From: Eledone cirrhosa
Lineage: Eukaryota
Assembly (NCBI GenBank): GCA_964016885.1
Contig: OZ024746.1
Span: 63,798,001-63,862,000 of the forward strand
DNA: 64,000 bases
Reading direction: 5' to 3'
A program made the position numbers and the translations under genes. Under the pieces are notes generated by a model. That model saw nothing but the letters and a program-made list of their open reading frames with translations. It made no database searches and was not told the DNA's origin. Below are positions 56,668 through 64,000 of the stretch, one piece after another; positions within the stretch are counted from its first letter, which is position 1; the number at the start of each line of letters is the position of its first letter.

Positions 56668-56787
56668 CTAATATATCATATATATATGATATATATATAT
56701 GATATATATATGTATATATATATATATATATACATATATATATGATATATATATGTATATATATATATATATATGATATATATATGT

Positions 56788-58592
56788 ATCATCATCATCA
56801 TCATCATCATCACCGTTTTACGTCCGTTCTTCCACGCTAGCATGGGTTAGACGGGTTGTCCTGTTGTGGGCAGTGTCTGGTCGGCTGACTATGCCTTGCT
56901 CATGCAGGAACTGATCTGGCTTGATTTCTACAGCTGGATGCCCTTCCTAACACCAACCTCATTTACAGTGAGTGCTGGGTGCTTTTTCGTGGCGCCTACA
57001 CGTCCACTTTACAGTGTGGGCTGGGTGCTTTTTTGCCGTGGCACCTCCACGACCACCTTGCGGTGGGGGGAGTGGGGGCATATTGTTTATATGCTTCAGC
57101 ATGTACCCATGGGAGATTGGGTACCCTGTATTACTGCGTGACGCCAGAAGTCACGGTCGTGTGTCATTGACTTTGAGAGGTGTAGTTGGGTAAGGTCGGC
57201 TTTTATCACCTCATCCTAAGTCATCTTGGGTCTCCCCACTCCGCGGTTTCCATCAACTTCTAGTGCTCTGCACCTTTTTATGCAGCTGTCATCCTTCATA
57301 CGCATCACATGTCCATACCAGCGTAACCGCCTCTCCTGCACGCAGCATTTGATTCCTCTTATGCTCAGTCTCTCTCTCAATTCCTTTATGCTTTGTCGTT
57401 CACGTATATTACTGTTACACATCCATCGGAGCATGCAGGCTTCGTTTCTCTCTAATCTACGTAAGTCTTCCACCTTCAGCGCCCAGGTCTCACTACCATG
57501 CAACATCGCTGTTCGGATACACGCATCATACAGTCTGCCTTTCATTCTGAGGGAGAAGCCTTTTGCAGCTAGCAGTGGTAGTAGTTCCCTAAACTTCTTC
57601 CATCCCGTTCTTACCCTAGTTATTGTACTTTCTGAGCACCCACCTCCGTTGCTAATTCGGTCACCTAGGTAGCAGAAGCTGTCTACTGTTTCTACAGGGC
57701 CCTCCCAGAGATTGGTGGTACTTGTTTCCTGTGGCTGTTTGCTTGCTGTTTCAGCACAGCTGCTGCATGTGAATCCTACATTCTTAATTAAGCTTCCTGA
57801 GATCCCGCTACATCTCTTGTGTACCCATTGTTTGCATTTGGGGCAGAGAATGGAGTTCCTACCTACACCTTTCCTACATACTGAGCAAGGCCATTTCCCT
57901 GAGGGGATCTGGGTTCTGTTTTCTCGTCTACTTATAAGGACCTTAGTCTTTGTCATGTTGACTTTGAGGCCCTTTCTCTTTAGTCCCTGCTTCCAGGTTT
58001 GGAATTTATTCTCTAGTTCTACCATAGATTCAGCTATGAGTGCGAGGTCATCAGCATACAGGAGTTCCCATGGGCATCCGGTCTTAAACTCCTCTGTTAT
58101 TGCCTGCAGGACTATGATGAACAGGAGAGGGCTAAGAACAGAGCCCTGGTGGACCCCAACCTGTACGCTAAATTCCTCGCTATACTCATTGCTAATCCTA
58201 ACTTTGCTGACCGCTCCCCTATACATGGCTTGTACCGCTTTCACAAGCCATTCATCTACTCCTAGTTTTCTAAGAGCCCACCAGATTACTGCACGTGGAA
58301 CTCTGTCAAAGGCTTTCTCAAGGTCGACAAATGCCAAGTAGAGTGGCTTACTGTTAGCTAGGTACTTTTCCTGTAATTGCCTCACAAGGAAGAGGGCATC
58401 AGTGGTGCCTTTCCCTGGTACAAACCCAAATTGCATCTCGTCTATATTCACCCGGTCCCTAATCAGCTGTGCTATAACTCTTTCTGTTACTTTCATGACC
58501 TGGTCCATCAACTTTATACCTCTATAGTTTCCTCTATCTAGTGCATCGCCTTTACCTTTGTATCAGTTGACAATGATGCTACTGCACCAATC
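56788..58592 (-). mobile_element. 5'-truncated, relatively young RTE LINE
   Basis: Continuous RT frame, 3' UTR and (GAT)n tail; no endonuclease domain present; flanked by (TA)n. Confidence 0.96.
57216..58511 (-). CDS. RTE-clade reverse transcriptase, 431-aa open segment of a truncated copy (premature stop at the conserved KTW; in-frame TGA just upstream)
   Basis: QFGF, FVDLEKAFD, GVHQGSVLSPLLF, YADD, GLKVNMTKTK, C4HC3 cluster, FCYLG, HGSETW, RLRWYGHV. Confidence 0.9.
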   Translation of the reverse strand: MMDQVMKVTERVIAQLIRDRVNIDEMQFGFVPGKGTTDALFLVRQLQEKYLANSKPLYLAFVDLEKAFDRVPRAVIWWALRKLGVDEWLVKAVQAMYRGAVSKVRISNEYSEEFSVQVGVHQGSVLSPLLFIIVLQAITEEFKTGCPWELLYADDLALIAESMVELENKFQTWKQGLKRKGLKVNMTKTKVLISRRENRTQIPSGKWPCSVCRKGVGRNSILCPKCKQWVHKRCSGISGSLIKNVGFTCSSCAETASKQPQETSTTNLWEGPVETVDSFCYLGDRISNGGGCSESTITRVRTGWKKFRELLPLLAAKGFSLRMKGRLYDACIRTAMLHGSETWALKVEDLRRLERNEACMLRWMCNSNIRERQSIKELRERLSIRGIKCCVQERRLRWYGHVMRMKDDSCIKRCRALEVDGNRGVGRPKMT

Positions 58593-58637
58593 TATATATA
58601 TGATATATATATATATATATATATTATATTTTTTTTT

Positions 58638-58963
58638 ATCATCATTTTACGTCCGCTTTTCCCTGCTTGCAAGGGTGGGACGGGAACTGATTCTGGCTTG
58701 ATTTCTACAGCTGGATACCCTTCCTAACACCAATCTCATTTACAGTGAGTGCTGGGTGCTTTTTTGCCATGGCACCTCCACGACCACTTTACAGTGGAAT
58801 GATATGGACCCCAGTCCCTATCATCTCATTTCTACAGCTGAGTAAACTGGAGCAATGTGAAATAAAGTGTCTTGCTCAAGGAAACAACACATCACCCGGT
58901 CTGAGAACCCACAACCTTTCGATTGCAAGGCCAATGCTCTAACCACTAAGCCATGCGCCTCCA
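58638..58963 (-). mobile_element. SINE family B with RTE tail
   Basis: Minus strand GGAGGCGCATGGCTTAGTGGTTAGAGC head; family match. Confidence 0.9.
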
Positions 58964-58977
58964 TATATATATATATA

Positions 58978-59276
58978 AGACCAATGTTGTCGCTGGAAAC
59001 ATGACTCTGGGAACGTCTTTGGATGAGACAGCGAGCCACCTGTTGTTCTGGGAGTTGATCTTCTGGTCTTATTTGTCCTCCCGGTGCGGATTCCAAGAAG
59101 AACTCCGTGTCTCTTCCACAAATTTGGAGGTTCAAAATTATTCATAATCAATTATTCTGAAAATAAATAATGGAAATATAGTCACTGTTTTTATGAAGAC
59201 AAGAGTGACAACGGAAGAAAAAAAAATTTGCACAAAATTAGCAGTTGAAAATTGCGAACAAATATCGTCCGCACCC

Positions 59277-59278
<2 letters not shown>
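58978..59278 (-). mobile_element. Internally deleted Tc1/mariner (maT/DD37D-like) transposon left end
   Basis: TA-CAGGGTG TIR start; MNNFEPPNLWKRHGVLLGIR joined out of frame to DQKINSQNNRWLAVSSKDVPRVM. Confidence 0.8.
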
Positions 59279-59307
<29 letters not shown>

Positions 59308-59324
59308 CATATATATATATATGA

Positions 59325-59407
59325 TATAGGACATGGCAGCGATAATGAGGGACAGAGACCGCTGGAGAGAACTCGTCCATGGATCTTGGGAATTTTACCC
59401 GCCCTAG
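59325..59407 (+). mobile_element. 3' tip of the same LINE family as 7541-8430
   Basis: CAGAGACCGCTGGAGAGAACTCGTCCATGGATCTTGGGAATTTTACCCGCCCTAG vs ~8366-8420. Confidence 0.85.
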
Positions 59408-59478
59408 AAAATATATATATATATGTATATATATATGATATATATGATATATATGATATATATATATGTATATATATA

Positions 59479-59554
<76 letters not shown>

Positions 59555-59609
59555 GTGAGGTTTTTTTTACAAAATGAAAAATAACCGAGGTGTCCTACAC
59601 GAGTGGAAG

Positions 59610-59703
59610 TATAAAGAAAAAGGGATGAAATCGAAAATGCAACTGAAGTCTTATTTTTTAAAAAAATAAGACTTCAGTTGCATTTTCGATTTCATCCCTT
59701 TTT

Positions 59704-59710
<7 letters not shown>
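59610..59710. repeat. 101-bp essentially perfect palindrome
   Basis: TATAAAGAAAAAGGGATGAAATCG...TTTTTT-A-AAAAAA...CGATTTCATCCCTTTTTCTTTATA. Confidence 0.95.
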
Positions 59711-59744
<34 letters not shown>

Positions 59745-59805
59745 ATATATATGTATATATATATATATGATATCATCATCATCATCTTATGTATATATAT
59801 ATATA

Positions 59806-59884
<79 letters not shown>

Positions 59885-60133
59885 TATTTTGAGTATATGT
59901 TGGTTGAGTATATGATTCCAGTTCCTCAGAGAAATAACAACCCAACCAGGAACTGGGCATATTGGAGTATTGATGGAGTTAAACACTTCAACAACATGTG
60001 TACCTGTCTCTACCACACCAATTCGAACTGCCTTAAGAGGTCACAGCCAAGGATGGCTGTCACCGAAATATATATAGCAGTACACCTTTAATAAACAAAG
60101 CCAAATTTTAAATATTTGACTTAATTATTTTAT

Positions 60134-60172
<39 letters not shown>

Positions 60173-60220
60173 CATATATATATCACATATATATATACAT
60201 AAGATGATGATGATGATATC

Positions 60221-60366
<146 letters not shown>

Positions 60367-60510
60367 ATATATATATGATATATATATATATATATATATA
60401 TATATCATATAGGAAAAAGTATGACCCCGACGGCAGAGCTCAAGCCGTTTCAACGGCTATTTCTGGATTAAATTAGAATTTGCTTTAACTTTAATCTGTT
60501 ATTTTAATAA

Positions 60511-60552
<42 letters not shown>

Positions 60553-60650
60553 ATATATATATGATGATGATGATGATATATATATATATATATAACTTTA
60601 AAATTGAAGAATAACATGGTCGACAGTACCAACAAGGAAATTTATTTACA

Positions 60651-60755
60651 GTCTAACAATTGTTTCTATGATAGAGTTGTCTAAAAATTGCTAAACACAG
60701 AAGGTAGTGTCACTCAATTTAAAATACATATTATCTCCATCATTTCGTCAGAGAC
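60651..60755 (-). ncRNA. Type I hammerhead motif with long loop II, overlapping an inverted repeat (~60600-60704/60840-60944)
   Basis: GUCU-CUGACGA-A-AUGAUGGAG...CUCUAUCAU-A-GAAAC-AAUU-GUU-AGAC. Confidence 0.7.
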
Positions 60756-61184
60756 CAAGCGAAAATAAAATAAATATGCGTAACGGTAAAATTACAAATT
60801 CAAATTACCACATCAATATTAATATTAATAATAAAGATTCCTTTTGTGTTTAGCAATTTTTAGACAACTCTATCATAGAAACAATTATTAGACTGTAAAT
60901 AAATTTCCTTGTTGGTACTGTCGACCATGTTATTCTTCAATTTTTCAATTTTATTACTCCAAGATATACTTACACAGGAATACAAGTGAAGTCATAAACT
61001 CATCATCCACGTAAACCTCTTGTTGAGTCATACAACGCTGTACGCTTAAACTATTCATGATAAGAAGTTTTCACAACCTCTAATCGGATTACATTTAACG
61101 ATATCTTGTTATCTTGTTATCTTATATATATATATATGATATATATATATATATGATATATATATATATATATATATATATAAT

Positions 61185-61607
<423 letters not shown>

Positions 61608-62981
61608 TGAATCAGTTTCAATGACCAATTTTTCAGTCGTTTGAGAAATGGCTCTACTGAGGCAGAGTATTGTATAAGTGGTTGAGTATTTTACAGATGC
61701 TTGAACTTAATTTTTAATCTGGTTCAGTATAATAAAGTGTGTAAAAAGGTTAAACATTTAAATAACACATACATTTCATCCAACAAGTTTCTGTACAGTG
61801 AGCTCAACCCTAAGATCCCATGATTGTAAAGTGAATTTTAGTATATATTCAATTGAGCATTATATACGCAATGTGTATATTTGTTTATATATATACATGC
61901 AGTCTGGGTTAATTCTGCACTGTATACACACAAATATGAATTTATCAACCATTTCAGCTGTTTAGAGCATAATTTAATATGCTAAAATTAACTACCAGAA
62001 TTTCATTTTGTTTTAGACTGATCTACAAGATCTGAGACATCATTTGCTTACTGAGTGGGATGGCACTCGTTCAATTGGACCAAGGAAACAATATTTACAT
62101 TAATCTTTCCATTACTGATACTATCTAATAGTTGCAACTACTGGCAGAAAGAGCAACATAAAATAAAGTGTCTTGCTCAAGGACATAAAGCATTACCTGG
62201 TCCAGGAATCAAAATCACAACCTCACAATTGCTAATCCAATTTTCTAACCACAAAGCACACAAAGCACTAATAATATGTAAATTATTGCTCATTTCAGTG
62301 CTAATACCATATTAGGTACAGTTTACAAGGCCTCCAGTTCGGTATTTATCTACTATGGTTTTTTATAATGAGATTTTTTGTTTGTTCGTAACGTTGAGTT
62401 CAATACTCATAGGAATATAGTTTTAGTAAAGGAAGATCTTCTATCGGACTAATATGTTTTAGATCAATGTTTCCTAAAGTAGGTTCTGCAACATAACTCA
62501 TCTTGTAATAAAATTTAATAATATCTTATTATTTTTCTTAATATAAATAAATTCTCTCTCATAAACAATGCATGCAAGATTCACACAAACGATTACAAAC
62601 ACTGGTGAACAATATTGGTGCCTATGTAGAATTTAACTCTGTACTGTACTTTTATGATTATATTGTTCAAAATAAAAAATGTTTTTTGAAAATTGAGCAA
62701 TAATTAATAAAGCTATAAACAATTTTAAAAAGGGAATTTTCCTCAATCAACCCTATATATATATATATATAGTGTGTGTGTGTGTCTGTGTGTGTGTTTG
62801 TATGTATGCATGTGTGTATGTATATATATATATAGATGATTTCTCCCGAATGAAACAGTTCTAGTCCTGTAGAAGCCTTTTCTATATTAAATATATATAT
62901 ATATAATTGGTGTGGGATGCTTAAAGAGTCCGTAAGCAGCAGGCCGTTTGAGCACTAGATGCTTTTACAGAGCAGAGTATA

Positions 62982-63285
62982 ATATCACATAAGAAACGGA
63001 GAATCAGTGGTGCGACGAATAAAATTTATTAGACATATTACAATCGTTTCTCTGGCGACCAGCTCGAGGCACGATCGATGCAATGATTGAACCTGACTCT
63101 GGAATTGCAAGGTCCTCAGATATGTCTCGATTCTTCCGAAGAATTGAGACATATCTGAGGACCTTGCGATTTCAGAGTCAGGTTTGATCATTGCATCGAT
63201 CGTGCCTCGAGCTGGTCGCCAGAGAAACGATTGTAATATGTCTAATACATTTTATTCGTCGCACCACTGATTCTCCGTTTCTTAT

Positions 63286-63292
<7 letters not shown>
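62982..63292. ncRNA. 311-bp near-perfect palindrome with an intact hammerhead motif on each strand (63147-63243 +, 63031-63127 -)
   Basis: AGACAUAU-CUGAGGA-CCUUGCGA...UCGCCAGA-GAAAC-GAUU-GUA-AUAUGUCU; 8-bp perfect stem I. Confidence 0.85.
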
Positions 63293-63319
<27 letters not shown>

Positions 63320-63320
<1 letters not shown>

Positions 63321-63668
63321 ATCATCATTTCATCATCATTTCATTTTACGTCCGCTTTTTCCCTGCTTGCAAGGGTGGGACGGGAACTGATTCTGACTTG
63401 ATTCCTACAGCTGGATGCCCTTCCTAACATCAACCTCATTTACAGTGAGTGCTGGGTGCTTTTTTGCCGTGGCACCTCCACGACCACTTTGCAGTGGAAT
63501 GATAGGGACCCCAGTCCTTATCATCTCATTTCTACAGCTGAGTAAACTGGAGCAATGTGAAATAAAGTGTCTTGCTCAAGGAAACAACACATCACCCGGT
63601 CTGAGAATTGAACTCACAACCTTTCGATTGCAAGGCCAATGCTCTAACCACTAAGCCATGTGCCTCTC
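63320..63668 (-). mobile_element. SINE family B with RTE tail
   Basis: Family match. Confidence 0.9.
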
Positions 63669-63805
63669 TATATATATATATAGTAGGTAGTACAGTGAGA
63701 TACTGGTGTTGGTACCAAATCAAGCACTCTATGCACAGGCAGAGTGTATATAATAGAAAAACGAGGAAGTTTCGTTTACATATAAAAAATATTTATTCCA
63801 TATTG

Positions 63806-63897
63806 ATCTGTTACGCACGTTTCACAGAGGATTGGCTCAAGGTGACCTATAGTAGTTATGGACCTGACTCCAGTATCCATCTGCTCCTCAGACTGGT
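63806..63897 (-). ncRNA. Type I hammerhead motif with extended stem II
   Basis: CAGU-CUGAGGA-GCAGAUGGAU...AUCCUCUGU-GAAACG-UG-CGUA-ACAG; stem I imperfect. Confidence 0.68.
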
Positions 63898-64000
63898 GAT
63901 GTGACAAAAATATAGTGAAGAACTTTGTCACACACAGTACCAATTGTCAAACTGGTTTATTCACTCTGATATTATAGTGATATATATATATATAGAGAGA

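Noticed and set aside
58860-58963. tRNA gene
   Set aside because: The tRNA-like head continues into CORE-like and RTE-tail sequence and is multicopy, so it is a SINE
59890-60120. Possible Tc1 transposase C-terminus (EVTAKDGCH)
   Set aside because: Too short and degenerate, and no clear TIR

Overview
Eukaryotic, AT-rich, repeat-saturated animal DNA with no host protein-coding exon that I can support. The SINE/RTE/microsatellite content resembles octopod cephalopod genomes; that assignment is from recall, not a search. The first ~7.57 kb is a 33-bp minisatellite with higher-order structure. It was amplified from an 11-codon piece of a LINE reverse transcriptase and still runs in frame into the rest of that RT. 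The remainder is a mosaic of: RTE-clade LINE fragments (one with a 431-aa open RT ORF carrying a PHD-like finger), two tRNA-type SINE families, hAT/Tc1-mariner/pogo/piggyBac-type MITEs, a Helitron-like element, a Copia-like remnant, two Penelope-like (GIY-YIG) remnants and many microsatellites. The most notable unexplained structure is a set of at least 10 short fold-back (palindromic or inverted-repeat) elements, mostly embedded in (TA)n. Many carry type I hammerhead ribozyme motifs (CUGANGA...GAAA...GUH with matching stems) from several sequence families, and two of them place a complete ribozyme on each strand. Almost all ORFs in the supplied track are repeat artefacts. Boundaries were read by eye and are approximate.
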